Source: Gemmatimonadota bacterium (GTDB taxonomy: Bacteria > Gemmatimonadota > Gemmatimonadetes > Gemmatimonadales > GWC2-71-9). From it: a stretch of DNA of 64,000 nucleotides. Numbering within the stretch: position 1 is the stretch's first letter; every line of letters begins with the position of its first letter. Positions 29,731 to 39,399 of the stretch are shown here, in pieces. The position numbers and the translations under genes are program-made. The stretch spans positions 1 through 64,000 of the forward strand of contig JBDHAB010000019.1 of NCBI GenBank assembly GCA_039588295.1, in the 5' to 3' direction. The notes below the pieces were generated by a model. It was not told the DNA's origin, did no database searches, and was given only the letters and a program-made list of their open reading frames with translations.

Positions 29731-31561
29731 CGACCTACTCTACTATTACGAACGGGAGCTAGCCTACCTCCGGCGTCTCGGTGCCGAGTTCGCTGCAAAA
29801 TACCCGAAGATCGCCTCCCGTCTCCAACTGGAGCCCAGTAAGTGCGAAGATCCGCACGTCGAGCGGCTACTGGAGGGCTTTGCCCTCCTGACAGCCCGCG
29901 TGCACCTGAAGATCGATGACGACTTCCCCGAGATAAGTGAAGCACTGCTCAACATTCTCTATCCGCACTATCTGCGTCCTATCCCCTCGATGTCGCTGGT
30001 GCAGTTCCATTTGGATCCCGAACAGGGCAAGCTCACGACGGGTCTGGCGATTCCTCGTGATTCGGAGTTGCACTCTCGTCCGGTTGCGGGAGCCCGGTGC
30101 AGGTTCCGCACGTGCCATGCGACCACCCTGTGGCCGCTCGAGGTCGTCGAAGCCAAGTGGCTCACGCCAGACCAGTTGCGACCGGCGGTGAAGTCGACGG
30201 AGGCAATTGCGGCGCTGCGGGTAAGGCTGGAGTGTTTCGCTGATGTCCGGTTCGATCAGCTGGAGCTGCAGTCACTGCGGTTCCACCTGAGCGGCGAAGG
30301 TAATCTCGTCTCGACGCTCTACGAGTTCCTCTGCAACAATTGCGTTCAGATCTTGGTGCGGGATCCCGAGAAGCCGAAGCGCCCTCCCGTAACGTTGCCG
30401 GCGTCGGCGCTGCAACCCATCGGCTTCGGCGCGGACGAGGGGATGCTCCCGTATCCGCGGCGTTCCTTGACCGCGTATCGGGTGCTGCAAGAGTACTTCA
30501 CGTTTCCGGAGCAGTTCTCATTCGTCGACGTCGCGGGGTTCGACCAAGTGCGCGCAGCGGGGTTCGGGGCGAAGGCGGAGGTCGTCTTTCTCATCTCGCC
30601 GTTCGAGCGACGCGAGCGGGCCGAGGTGCTCGAGACGGGGGTTGCCAGCAGCACCATGCGGCTCGGATGTACGCCTGTGATCAACCTCTTCCCGCAGACG
30701 TCGGAGCCGGTCCTGCTCACCCAACGGACGCATGAGTACCCGGTCGTGGCCGACGCACGGCGTCGAGACAGTGTCTTGGTCTTCTCGGTCGACGAGGTCG
30801 TGGCAGTGACGTCCGAGTCGCCCGAACCCATCCGCTTTGAGCCGATGTACGCCTATCGCCACTCGTCGAACGGTGTGAAGCCGCAACACTTCTGGTATGC
30901 GCGGCGGCGGCCGAGTAGCTGGCGTACGGATGGAGGGACGGACGTCTATCTGTCATTCGCGGATCTCTCGAGCCGTGCGGCCACCCCGCCGTATGAGGCC
31001 GTGACGGCGCGGCTCACCTGTTTCAACGGTGATCTGCCCAGCCGACTCCCCTTCGGGGACGAGAGTGGTGATTTCCAGCTTCCGGGGGGTGGCCCGATCG
31101 CCAAGATCCAGGCGCTGGTCAAGCCTACTCCCGCCATCCAGCCGCCGCTGGGCAAAACGCAGTTGTGGCGGCTCATCTCACAGCTCTCGCTGAACTACAT
31201 CTCGCTGGTCGAGGGTGGGGTGGATGGCCTGCAGGAGCTGCTGCGGCTCCACAACTTCGGTGATTCGGGAAGTGCGGAAAAGCAGATTCAAGGTCTCTTG
31301 GACGTGCGCTCGAGTCCATGCTACTCCCGGATCGACAGTGAGCATGGCCTCACCTTCGCTCGAGGCCACCGGGTCGAGATCGATTTCGATGAGGAGCAGT
31401 TTGCCGGTGGCGGGGTGTACCTGTTCGCCAGTGTCTTGGAGCGGTTCCTTGGGATGTTCACGTCACTGAACAGCTTCTCGATCCTGGCGGCGCGCACGCG
31501 GCAACGGAAGGAGGTCCTCAGGGAATGGCCGCCGAGAGCGGGACGGAAAGTGCTACTGTAG
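29723..31561 (+). CDS. tssF: T6SS baseplate subunit TssF
   Basis: YYERELAYLR, DPHVERLLEGFA, PHYLRPIPSM, LQEYFTFPE, GCTPVINLF, WRLISQLSLNY. Confidence 0.97.
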   Translation: MRDDLLYYYERELAYLRRLGAEFAAKYPKIASRLQLEPSKCEDPHVERLLEGFALLTARVHLKIDDDFPEISEALLNILYPHYLRPIPSMSLVQFHLDPEQGKLTTGLAIPRDSELHSRPVAGARCRFRTCHATTLWPLEVVEAKWLTPDQLRPAVKSTEAIAALRVRLECFADVRFDQLELQSLRFHLSGEGNLVSTLYEFLCNNCVQILVRDPEKPKRPPVTLPASALQPIGFGADEGMLPYPRRSLTAYRVLQEYFTFPEQFSFVDVAGFDQVRAAGFGAKAEVVFLISPFERRERAEVLETGVASSTMRLGCTPVINLFPQTSEPVLLTQRTHEYPVVADARRRDSVLVFSVDEVVAVTSESPEPIRFEPMYAYRHSSNGVKPQHFWYARRRPSSWRTDGGTDVYLSFADLSSRAATPPYEAVTARLTCFNGDLPSRLPFGDESGDFQLPGGGPIAKIQALVKPTPAIQPPLGKTQLWRLISQLSLNYISLVEGGVDGLQELLRLHNFGDSGSAEKQIQGLLDVRSSPCYSRIDSEHGLTFARGHRVEIDFDEEQFAGGGVYLFASVLERFLGMFTSLNSFSILAARTRQRKEVLREWPPRAGRKVLL

Positions 31562-32556
31562 CGCGGTCGGACATCACGACCCGGCTCACCGAGGCGCCGA
31601 CATCGTTCGGCTTCTTCCAGGTCGTGCGCCTCCTGGAGCGCCTGTTTCCCGAACGAAAACGGGTTGGGGAATCGGGCGATCCTTCCGAAGAGGTCGTGCG
31701 TCTCACCGTCAATCCGGCTATCGGCTTTCCGCCGAGCGCGGTCCGGGTAATCGAGTTGTTGACCGAGCCGCCCGAGATGGCCGTCAACTTCATGGGATTG
31801 GTCGGTCCGCTCGGGGTATTGCCGTACCATTACAGCCTCTTGGTTGCCGACCGAGCGCGGCTCGGCGATCGGTCGATGAAGGCCTTCCTCGACCTGTTTC
31901 ATCACCGCATCATCTCGCTCTTCTACCTCGCGTGGGAACGACACCGGTTCATGGTCGCGTACGAGCGAGATCGACGCGATCGCGTGACCGAACATCTGCT
32001 CGACTTCATTGGGCTCGGGCTGCAAGGCTTCCAGAACCGGCTCCCCGTGGTGGACGAGTCGTTGGTGTTCTATGCCGGGCTGCTGGGTCCGCAGCAGCGA
32101 TCGGCAGAAGCGCTGCAACGTATGCTCGAAGACTACTTCGGGATTCCGGTGGAGGTCGAGCAGTTCATCGGGGGTTGGTATCCGCTGCCGGCCGCAACCC
32201 ACTGTACGCTCGGTGAGGAAACGGGCAGCTTCACGCAGCTCGGGCGGGGCGCGGTGGTGGGGGACGCCGTGTGGGATCAGCAGGCTCGCGTTCGGATCAA
32301 GCTGGGACCGCTCACGAGAGCCCAGTACGAGGAGTTTCTTCCCGAGAGAGAGGCGTATCTGGCCCTGCGAGCCTTGACGAGATTCTTCAGCGATGACCGC
32401 TTTGACTTCGAGGTGCAACTGATCCTGGCCCGCGGCGACGTGCCCGGCTGCACACTCGAGATGGACGACGGCGCCGGCCTGCGGCTTGGCTGGTTCACCT
32501 GGATCAGCTCGAAGCCGTTTGCGCATGACCCGGACGATACGATCCTCAGCCTCTAG
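31525..32556 (+). CDS. tssG: T6SS baseplate subunit TssG
   Basis: FGFFQVVRLLE, FMGLVGPLGVLP, FLDLFHHR, GPLTRAQYEEFLP. Confidence 0.96.
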   Translation: MAAESGTESATVARSDITTRLTEAPTSFGFFQVVRLLERLFPERKRVGESGDPSEEVVRLTVNPAIGFPPSAVRVIELLTEPPEMAVNFMGLVGPLGVLPYHYSLLVADRARLGDRSMKAFLDLFHHRIISLFYLAWERHRFMVAYERDRRDRVTEHLLDFIGLGLQGFQNRLPVVDESLVFYAGLLGPQQRSAEALQRMLEDYFGIPVEVEQFIGGWYPLPAATHCTLGEETGSFTQLGRGAVVGDAVWDQQARVRIKLGPLTRAQYEEFLPEREAYLALRALTRFFSDDRFDFEVQLILARGDVPGCTLEMDDGAGLRLGWFTWISSKPFAHDPDDTILSL

Positions 32557-32571
32557 CGCGAGGGAGCCGCT

Positions 32572-35268
32572 ATGAATGTCGATCTGCGATCTCTGATTGG
32601 AAGACTCAACCATGAGGCGCGAAATGCGATCGAAGCCGCGGCGGGTCTGTGCCTCTCGCGCACGCATTACGACGTCGAAATCGAGCACTACTTGATGAAG
32701 GTGTTGGACGCAAGCGACGGGGACGTGGCGTTCATTCTCAAGCACTTCGGGGTGGACCGCTCGCGGCTGGCGAAGGACGTCACGCAGACCCTGGACCGGT
32801 TCAAGACGGGCAATGCCCGAACGCCATCGCTGAGTCCCAGTCTCGTCAAGATGCTGTCGGAGGCCTGGCTCCTGGCGTCGGTGGAACATGGGGCGTCGCA
32901 ACTCCGCACCGGTCACACCATGCTCGCGCTGGCAGTGAGCGAGGAGCTTCGGCGGCTGGTGCTGGAGACCAGCCGGGAGTTCCAGAAGCTCTCGGGCGAA
33001 GCACTGCGCCAGGACTTCGCGACGATCGTGGGGGAGTCCGTGGAGGAGACGGCGGCAGCCGCGGCACCGGTCGAAGGAGCGCCCCGCCCCGGGGGCAAGA
33101 CGCCCAATCTCGATCAGTTCACCGTCAACCTCACGCAACGGGCCAGGGACGGACACCTGGATGTGGTGCTCGGTCGGGACTTCGAGATACGGCAAGTGGT
33201 GGACATCCTGACTCGGCGACGCCAAAACAATCCGATCTTGGTGGGTGAAGCCGGGGTAGGGAAGACGGCTGTCGTCGAGGGGTTCGCCATGCGGATCGGG
33301 CAGGGGGATGTGCCGCCCGTGCTGAAGAACGTCACGATCCACACACTCGATCTCGCGCTCCTCCAAGCCGGGGCAGGGGTGAAGGGCGAGTTCGAGAATC
33401 GCATCAAGAGCCTTATCGAAGAGGTGCGCTCATCGGAGACGCCCATCATCCTGTTCATCGACGAGGCGCACACGATGATCGGTGCCGGGGGGGCCGCCGG
33501 TCAGGGGGACGCAGCCAACCTGCTCAAGCCGGCGCTCGCCCGCGGTGAGCTCCGAACGATCGCGGCAACGACCTGGTCGGAATACAAGAAGTATTTCGAA
33601 AAAGATCCGGCGTTGGCCCGGCGGTTCCAGTTGGTCAAGGTCGACGAGCCGACGGAGCCGTCCTGCGCCTTGATGATGCGCGGCGTCGCCCCGAGTCTGG
33701 AGAAGCACCATGGGGTGCGGATCCTCGACGACGCAATCGACGCCGCCGTGCGGCTGTCACATCGGTATCTGCCCGATCGACAGCTTCCCGATAAGGCCGT
33801 ATCCGTGCTCGACACCACGTGCGCCCGACTCGCACTTGGGCAGAGTGCGACGCCGGCAGCCATTGAGGACGCGAGGCGTACGCTCGACGACTTGGCGGTC
33901 CAGACCCGAGTGCTCGAGCGGGAGCAGGCAGTGGGCACGGACCATTCGGAGCGGTTGACCAGCCTCGCCGAGCAACGAGCAGAAACGGAGGCGAGACTGA
34001 CGTCCCTCACCGGACAGTGGGAGCAGGAGCGCGAGCTGGTGAAGCGGGTTCGGGAGTTGCGCGGGCAGCTCGAAGCGAGTGTCGCCGAGGAAGCGAAGCC
34101 GGCCAAGAAGAAGAGCGCCAAGAAGGATCTCGCTGCTCTCCGCGACGAGTTGGCAGGACTCACGGCGGAGCTCGACGCATTGCAGGGAGAAGCAGCCCTG
34201 GTGCCCGTAACGGTCGATTCCGACTTGGTGGGACAGGTCATTTCCGGATGGACGGGGATTCCGGTCGGCAAAATGCTGCGAGACGAAGTGGCGACCGTTC
34301 TCCGCCTCGAGGAGCACCTCGGACAACGCATCATCGGGCAGTCGCACGCGCTGGAAGGGATCAGCCAGCGCATTCGCACCTCGCGTGCGGGGAGCGAGGA
34401 TCCGAACAAGCCCGTTGGGGTCTTTATGCTCGTCGGCCCCAGCGGGGTCGGCAAGACCGAGACGGCCCTGGTACTCTCGGACTTGCTGTACGGCGGTGAC
34501 CGCAACCTCATTTCGATCAACATGTCGGAGTTCCAGGAGGCACATACCGTCTCGACGCTCAAGGGGTCGCCTCCCGGGTATGTCGGATACGGTGAAGGTG
34601 GTGTCCTGACGGAGGCGGTGCGGCGGCGGCCGTATTCCGTGGTGTTGTTGGATGAGGTCGAGAAGGCTCACCCAGACGTGCTCGAGCTGTTCTTCCAGGT
34701 CTTTGACAAGGGGGTCATGGAGGACGGCGAGGGTCGGCAGATCGACTTCAAGAACACGATCATCATGTTGACGACCAACGCGGGGACTGAGACGATCATG
34801 ACGCTGACGGCAGATCCGGAGACGATGCCGGATGCCGCCGGGCTCGCCAAGGCCCTGAAACCCGAGCTGAACAAGACCTTCAAGCCGGCGTTCCTTGGCA
34901 GGCTCGTGATTATCCCGTACTTCCCGATCCGTGATGATGCGATGAAGCACATTATCCGGCTCAAGCTCGGCAAGATCGAGCGGCGGCTCGCGGAGACGCA
35001 TCGAGTCACTCTGAAGTACGACGACACCATGATCGACGAAATTGCGGGGCGGTGTACGGAGGTTGAGAGTGGGGCGCGAAATGTCGACAACATCCTCACG
35101 AATACGATGTTGCCCGAGGTTTCTCGGCACTTGCTCGAATCTCTCGCGGAGGGAGCCAAGCTGGACATCATTCGAGTCAGCGTCGGTGACGGCGGCGCGT
35201 TTCAGTACTCGATGGAGTCAGCGGCAGGTGGGAGCAGCCGGGCTGCAGCGACGGGTGCACTCGCCTGA
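32572..35268 (+). CDS. tssH: T6SS AAA+ ATPase ClpV/TssH
   Basis: Two NBDs (GEAGVGKT, GPSGVGKT); ClpV-type GSPPGYVGYGEGGVLTEAVRRRPY and RRRQNNPIL. Confidence 0.97.
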   Translation: MNVDLRSLIGRLNHEARNAIEAAAGLCLSRTHYDVEIEHYLMKVLDASDGDVAFILKHFGVDRSRLAKDVTQTLDRFKTGNARTPSLSPSLVKMLSEAWLLASVEHGASQLRTGHTMLALAVSEELRRLVLETSREFQKLSGEALRQDFATIVGESVEETAAAAAPVEGAPRPGGKTPNLDQFTVNLTQRARDGHLDVVLGRDFEIRQVVDILTRRRQNNPILVGEAGVGKTAVVEGFAMRIGQGDVPPVLKNVTIHTLDLALLQAGAGVKGEFENRIKSLIEEVRSSETPIILFIDEAHTMIGAGGAAGQGDAANLLKPALARGELRTIAATTWSEYKKYFEKDPALARRFQLVKVDEPTEPSCALMMRGVAPSLEKHHGVRILDDAIDAAVRLSHRYLPDRQLPDKAVSVLDTTCARLALGQSATPAAIEDARRTLDDLAVQTRVLEREQAVGTDHSERLTSLAEQRAETEARLTSLTGQWEQERELVKRVRELRGQLEASVAEEAKPAKKKSAKKDLAALRDELAGLTAELDALQGEAALVPVTVDSDLVGQVISGWTGIPVGKMLRDEVATVLRLEEHLGQRIIGQSHALEGISQRIRTSRAGSEDPNKPVGVFMLVGPSGVGKTETALVLSDLLYGGDRNLISINMSEFQEAHTVSTLKGSPPGYVGYGEGGVLTEAVRRRPYSVVLLDEVEKAHPDVLELFFQVFDKGVMEDGEGRQIDFKNTIIMLTTNAGTETIMTLTADPETMPDAAGLAKALKPELNKTFKPAFLGRLVIIPYFPIRDDAMKHIIRLKLGKIERRLAETHRVTLKYDDTMIDEIAGRCTEVESGARNVDNILTNTMLPEVSRHLLESLAEGAKLDIIRVSVGDGGAFQYSMESAAGGSSRAAATGALA

Positions 35269-35307
35269 CCGACGCATCACCACATTTGGCAAGGAACGAG
35301 GCAGCGT

Positions 35308-37281
35308 ATGCCGGAGTACTCTCAGGCCAATCGCCCCATCCGAGTCGAGACCGCGCTAGGCGAAGACGTGCTGCTGTTGGAGGCATTCTCCGGTGAGGAG
35401 CGTGTCTCCGCGCCGTATGCGTTCACGCTCGAGCTGGTGTCGCAGGATGCCGCCATAGAGCCGGTGAAGGTACTGCGGTCTCCGGCAGCAGTCATGATTG
35501 ACTTACCCAACGGGGAGAAACGTGCCATCCACGGGTTGATCAGTCGGTTCGTGCAGCTGGGACAGACTGGAGGCGCGGACCTGACTGCGTATCGTGCGGA
35601 GTTGGTTCCGTGGCTCTGGTTTCTCTCTCTGTCGTCCGACTGCAAGGTCTTCCAGAACATGACCGTTCTCGAGATCGTGGAGCAGGTGTTCAAGGACCTG
35701 GGTTACTCCGATTTCGAGATCAAGTGCGTGAAGAGCCACCCCAAGCGAGAGTTCTGTGTCCAGTATCGGGAAACGCATCTGAACTTCGTGTCTCGGCTGT
35801 TAGAGGAAGAGGGCATCTTCTACTTCTTCAACCACACGAGCTCCAAGCATGTGTTGACCCTGGCCGACGACGTCAGCGCCGTCAAACCGTGTCCCGGCCA
35901 GGCGGCCGCGCGGATGGCGGTGAAGTCGGGTGGGTGGCAGGAGGAGGACGTCGTCACGGCGGTCGAGCGGGAACATGCAGCGTATATCGGGAAGGTCACC
36001 CTCCGCGAATTCGACTATCTGCAACCGTCACTTCGATTGGAAAGCTCGGTGTCTGGCGACGGGCACGGGGAGATCTACGACTACACGTTTCCGGGGAACT
36101 TCAAGTCGCCAGACACCGGTGATCAATTGGCACGCCTGCAACTCGAGGAACAGGAGCAGTGGCATGAGGTCGTGCGAGGTGACGGCACGTGCCGCTCATT
36201 TCAGAGCGGCTGCCGCTTCGACCTCAAGGAGCACTACCGAGGTGAGGTGAATCAAGCGTACCAGTTGCTGCGAGTCCACCATGCGGCTCGAACGGGGGGC
36301 TACCGCTCCCGGACCGAAGACGAGTTCGACTATCGCAACGGCTTCGTCGCAATTCCGCACACCGTGCCATTTCGCCCACCGCGCATCACGCCGAAGCCGG
36401 TGGTCCAGGGCTCGCAGACGGCGCTGGTGGTGGGGAAGGCGGGCGAGGAGATCTGGGTGGACAAGCATGGCCGGGTGAAGGTGCAGTTCCACTGGGATCG
36501 GGACGGCAAGAAGGACGAGAACAGCTCGTGCTGGGTCCGCGTGTCGAGCACCTGGGCTGGCAAGGGGTGGGGCTTCGTGCAGATACCGCGTATCGGGCAG
36601 GAGGTGATCGTCGATTTCCTCGAAGGTGACCCGGACATGCCCATCATCACCGGCCGAGTCTACAATGCCGAACAGGTGCCGCCGTATGCCCTGCCGGCGA
36701 ATCAGACCCAGAGCGGGGCCAAGTCACGCAGCTCTAAAGGCGGTGGCACGGACAACTTCAATGAGCTCCGGTTCGAGGACAAGAAGGGAAGTGAGGAAGT
36801 CTACCTGCAGGCCGAAAAGGACCTCACAGCCAAGGTCAAGAATGACGCGTCGGCGCAGATCGGCAACGACCGCACGGTCGTCATCCAGAACAACGACACC
36901 TTGACCGTGGAGAAGGGAGACCAGGCCGTCGACATCAAGATGGGCGACCAGACGATCACCTTGGGCCAAGGGAATCAGAACATCGTCATCAAGATGGGCG
37001 ATCAGAATACCCAGGTTGACATGGGGAACATGAGCACCAAAGTGTCAATGGGTAACATCTCCACCAAGGCCGATCTCGGTGCGGTGGCCGTAGAGGGGAT
37101 GCAGGGAATCGAGTTCAAAGTTGGGGGGAGCAGCGTGAAGATCGATCAGATGGGAGTGACCATGAAAGGCATGATGGTCAAGATAGAAGGCCAGGTTCAG
37201 ACCGACGTCAAGGGTCTGATGACCAACATCAACGGCGACGCCATGCTGAAGGTCAAGGGTGGCATAACCATGATCAACTAG
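35308..37281 (+). CDS. vgrG: T6SS spike VgrG/TssI, no C-terminal effector extension
   Basis: CVQYRETHLNFVSRLLEEEGI, GRVKVQFHWDR, SSCWVRV, PRIGQEVIVDFLEGDPD, NELRFEDKKGSEE. Confidence 0.97.
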   Translation: MPEYSQANRPIRVETALGEDVLLLEAFSGEERVSAPYAFTLELVSQDAAIEPVKVLRSPAAVMIDLPNGEKRAIHGLISRFVQLGQTGGADLTAYRAELVPWLWFLSLSSDCKVFQNMTVLEIVEQVFKDLGYSDFEIKCVKSHPKREFCVQYRETHLNFVSRLLEEEGIFYFFNHTSSKHVLTLADDVSAVKPCPGQAAARMAVKSGGWQEEDVVTAVEREHAAYIGKVTLREFDYLQPSLRLESSVSGDGHGEIYDYTFPGNFKSPDTGDQLARLQLEEQEQWHEVVRGDGTCRSFQSGCRFDLKEHYRGEVNQAYQLLRVHHAARTGGYRSRTEDEFDYRNGFVAIPHTVPFRPPRITPKPVVQGSQTALVVGKAGEEIWVDKHGRVKVQFHWDRDGKKDENSSCWVRVSSTWAGKGWGFVQIPRIGQEVIVDFLEGDPDMPIITGRVYNAEQVPPYALPANQTQSGAKSRSSKGGGTDNFNELRFEDKKGSEEVYLQAEKDLTAKVKNDASAQIGNDRTVVIQNNDTLTVEKGDQAVDIKMGDQTITLGQGNQNIVIKMGDQNTQVDMGNMSTKVSMGNISTKADLGAVAVEGMQGIEFKVGGSSVKIDQMGVTMKGMMVKIEGQVQTDVKGLMTNINGDAMLKVKGGITMIN

Positions 37282-37283
37282 CG

Positions 37284-37886
37284 ATGAGCGATACACCGCC
37301 AATGCTCCGTTCGGGACGGACGGTCGCGGAAATCTGTGGGGCTTCGGAGTTGAGCGACGAGGCCTTGACGCTGCTCGCGGACCGTCAGGTACCCAAGGAG
37401 TATGTCGAGCTCTTGATGGAGCAGGAGCTCTATCCCGACGCGGTTCGGTTTCTGGCGCATGCGCTGCCCAAGCGGGAGGCCGTGTGGTGGGCGTGGGTGT
37501 GTGCGCGGCGGGCCGCGGGCGAAGAGCCGCCGGATGATATTCAGGCGGTGCTCGAGGCAACCAGGCAGTGGATTGCCGAGCCGACGGACGGGCATCGGCG
37601 TGCCGCCATGGAACTGGCCGAGCAAGTCGGGTTCGACAAACCGGCCGGGTCTGCCGCGCTCGCAGCGTTCTTCAGCGGAGAGTCCCTTGCCCCCGCTGAT
37701 GTCGAGCAGCCCGTGCCACCCGGAGAATACATGGCGGCCAAAGCCATCACAGGGTGCATTCTGTTGGCGACCGTTGGCACGGAGCCGGAAAGAGCGGGGG
37801 AGAAGTTCCAGGACTTCGTGCAGCAGGGGATGGAGGTGGCGGAGAAGATCGAACTGTGGAAGCCGCCGGAGGAGTCACGCGGATGA
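37284..37886 (+). CDS. Helical VgrG/PAAR-associated protein (DUF6931-like)
   Basis: AVRFLAHALPKREAVWWAWVC and WIAEPTDGHRRAA; starts 2 bp after the vgrG stop. Confidence 0.7.
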   Translation: MSDTPPMLRSGRTVAEICGASELSDEALTLLADRQVPKEYVELLMEQELYPDAVRFLAHALPKREAVWWAWVCARRAAGEEPPDDIQAVLEATRQWIAEPTDGHRRAAMELAEQVGFDKPAGSAALAAFFSGESLAPADVEQPVPPGEYMAAKAITGCILLATVGTEPERAGEKFQDFVQQGMEVAEKIELWKPPEESRG

Positions 37887-37918
37887 TTCGCTCTCGGACA
37901 CAGACGAGGTAGACGGCA

Positions 37919-38215
37919 ATGGGATTCCCAGCCGCTAGAGTGGCCGATATGCACGTGTGTCCCATGGTGACCCCGCCAGCCATTCCGCACGTCGGAGGAC
38001 CCATCCTCCCACCCGGGTGCGTGCTAGTGCTGATCGGCGGAATGCCGGCGGCGCGGCTGGGGGACATGGCCACGTGCGTCGGCCCGCCGGATGTGATCGT
38101 CAAGGGTTCGCCGACCGTGCTGATCGGTGGCATGCCCGCGGCCCGAATGCTGGACATGACGGTGCATGGCGGGACAATCGTCTCTGGGTTCCCGATGGTG
38201 TTGATCGGGCCGTGA
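37919..38215 (+). CDS. PAAR domain spike-tip protein
   Basis: Three PAAR motifs with H/C ligands (PAARVADMHVC, PAARLGDMATC, PAARMLDMTVHGG). Confidence 0.96.
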   Translation: MGFPAARVADMHVCPMVTPPAIPHVGGPILPPGCVLVLIGGMPAARLGDMATCVGPPDVIVKGSPTVLIGGMPAARMLDMTVHGGTIVSGFPMVLIGP

Positions 38216-38291
38216 CCTCCCTACGCCAGGGACCCTCCAATCGGCCCTCACCGTTTCGCCGGAGATAGCAGTCGGCCAAGTAGAGCTGAAT

Positions 38292-39113
38292 ATGTCCCTG
38301 CCAAGCACGATTCGAGACGTGGGTCGCGGTGTAGTTGGATTGACGCGTAGACCCAAGACGACACCCGGGGGTCTTGGCATGTGTGATGAGTTTGCCGGCT
38401 CTCGCAAAGGTACTCTCGTTGCGCAGGCCGCATCTCCGTTAGGGATTCGAGTCCTCGCGGAGTTTGACAAAGAGAATGGTGTCATCTGGGCAAACGAAGC
38501 CCTGCTGCAAGCAATGGCAAGGGCACGCAGTACTGGAACAAAACTGAGCGAGGCCAACGTCGCAACGCTCACCCATGAATTTGCTCATGTGTTGGACTAT
38601 GAGGATATCTTCGAAAAATTCAAAGACAGAGGGAGAATTACTGCCGAGTTAGCGGAAATCGCTTCTGCGTTACGAACCCGGCTGGCCGAAAAGGTGAACA
38701 ACACGACGGAAGTCCAGTTTATGCAACACTATCTCGCCAAGGAGAGGTCCGCGGAAGAGTATGCGAAGAAGATTACTGCAGAGCTCAGAGGGTATCATGG
38801 CAGCCTACGAGCATTCTGGGTGAGCCAAGCCCTGGATACATGGGCTCATAACACCAAAACAACGTATGAAGAGGATGCCCGCGGTACCTATAGGAGAATA
38901 AAAAGGCAACTTAAGGAACTCGGTAACTCTCCGTCGAAAGTGGCAGCCGAAGCGGAGAAGAAGAAGAAGTACAGACAAAAATTGCTGCCCGTTTATACAA
39001 TCGTCGATATCTTCCCTGGAAGAGAGGAGTCTCTCACGTTACACAACCTGTTGGAGATGATAAGCGAATACCATGTGGTGATAGTAGTATCGGTGCCTAT
39101 TGAATCGAGGTAG
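38292..39113 (+). CDS. Low-GC protein with HEXXH motif; candidate T6SS zinc-metallopeptidase effector
   Basis: LTHEFAHVLDY (HEFAH at 38574-38588), downstream ERSAEEYA; follows PAAR; AT-rich. Confidence 0.6.
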   Translation: MSLPSTIRDVGRGVVGLTRRPKTTPGGLGMCDEFAGSRKGTLVAQAASPLGIRVLAEFDKENGVIWANEALLQAMARARSTGTKLSEANVATLTHEFAHVLDYEDIFEKFKDRGRITAELAEIASALRTRLAEKVNNTTEVQFMQHYLAKERSAEEYAKKITAELRGYHGSLRAFWVSQALDTWAHNTKTTYEEDARGTYRRIKRQLKELGNSPSKVAAEAEKKKKYRQKLLPVYTIVDIFPGREESLTLHNLLEMISEYHVVIVVSVPIESR

Positions 39114-39189
39114 AAGAAGGGCTCGTTTCCGTATCGCGTCTGCGATCGAGTGGCGCTCGCATGCGCAATTGCAGGAGGCCGGAGCAATC

Positions 39190-39399
39190 ATGTCAATCTG
39201 GACTCGAATCTTCAGGAAAGTGGCCGACCCCCGGAACCAGCTGGGCCCGCGACGAGAGGAGCGACGAGAGGAGCGTCCGTGCTCTCCGACGCCTCCACGA
39301 GATCCTGAGCCGGTCCATCCTCCGGAAGCCGAATGCGCAACGGGGCCCGATCCCCGAATTCGTGCCCACCGGCCGGGGCGCCGCGGGAAGCTGCGGTAG
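39190..39399 (+). CDS. Possible small hypothetical protein
   Basis: GGAG RBS then ATG (MSIWTRIFRKVAD...). The distal part looks more protein-like in an alternative frame. Confidence 0.3.
   Translation: MSIWTRIFRKVADPRNQLGPRREERREERPCSPTPPRDPEPVHPPEAECATGPDPRIRAHRPGRRGKLR

Noticed and set aside
31321..35130. Long minus-strand ORFs (681, 457 and 353 aa), and similar shadows elsewhere
   Set aside because: Antisense to tssG/clpV; expected in high-GC DNA and without recognisable motifs.
35308..38215. Evolved VgrG or PAAR with a toxin extension
   Set aside because: VgrG ends at the needle tip and PAAR is only 98 aa.
13629..38215. Prophage tail or extracellular contractile injection system
   Set aside because: tssL, tssM, tssK and clpV define a cell-anchored T6SS; no capsid, terminase, tape measure or integrase.
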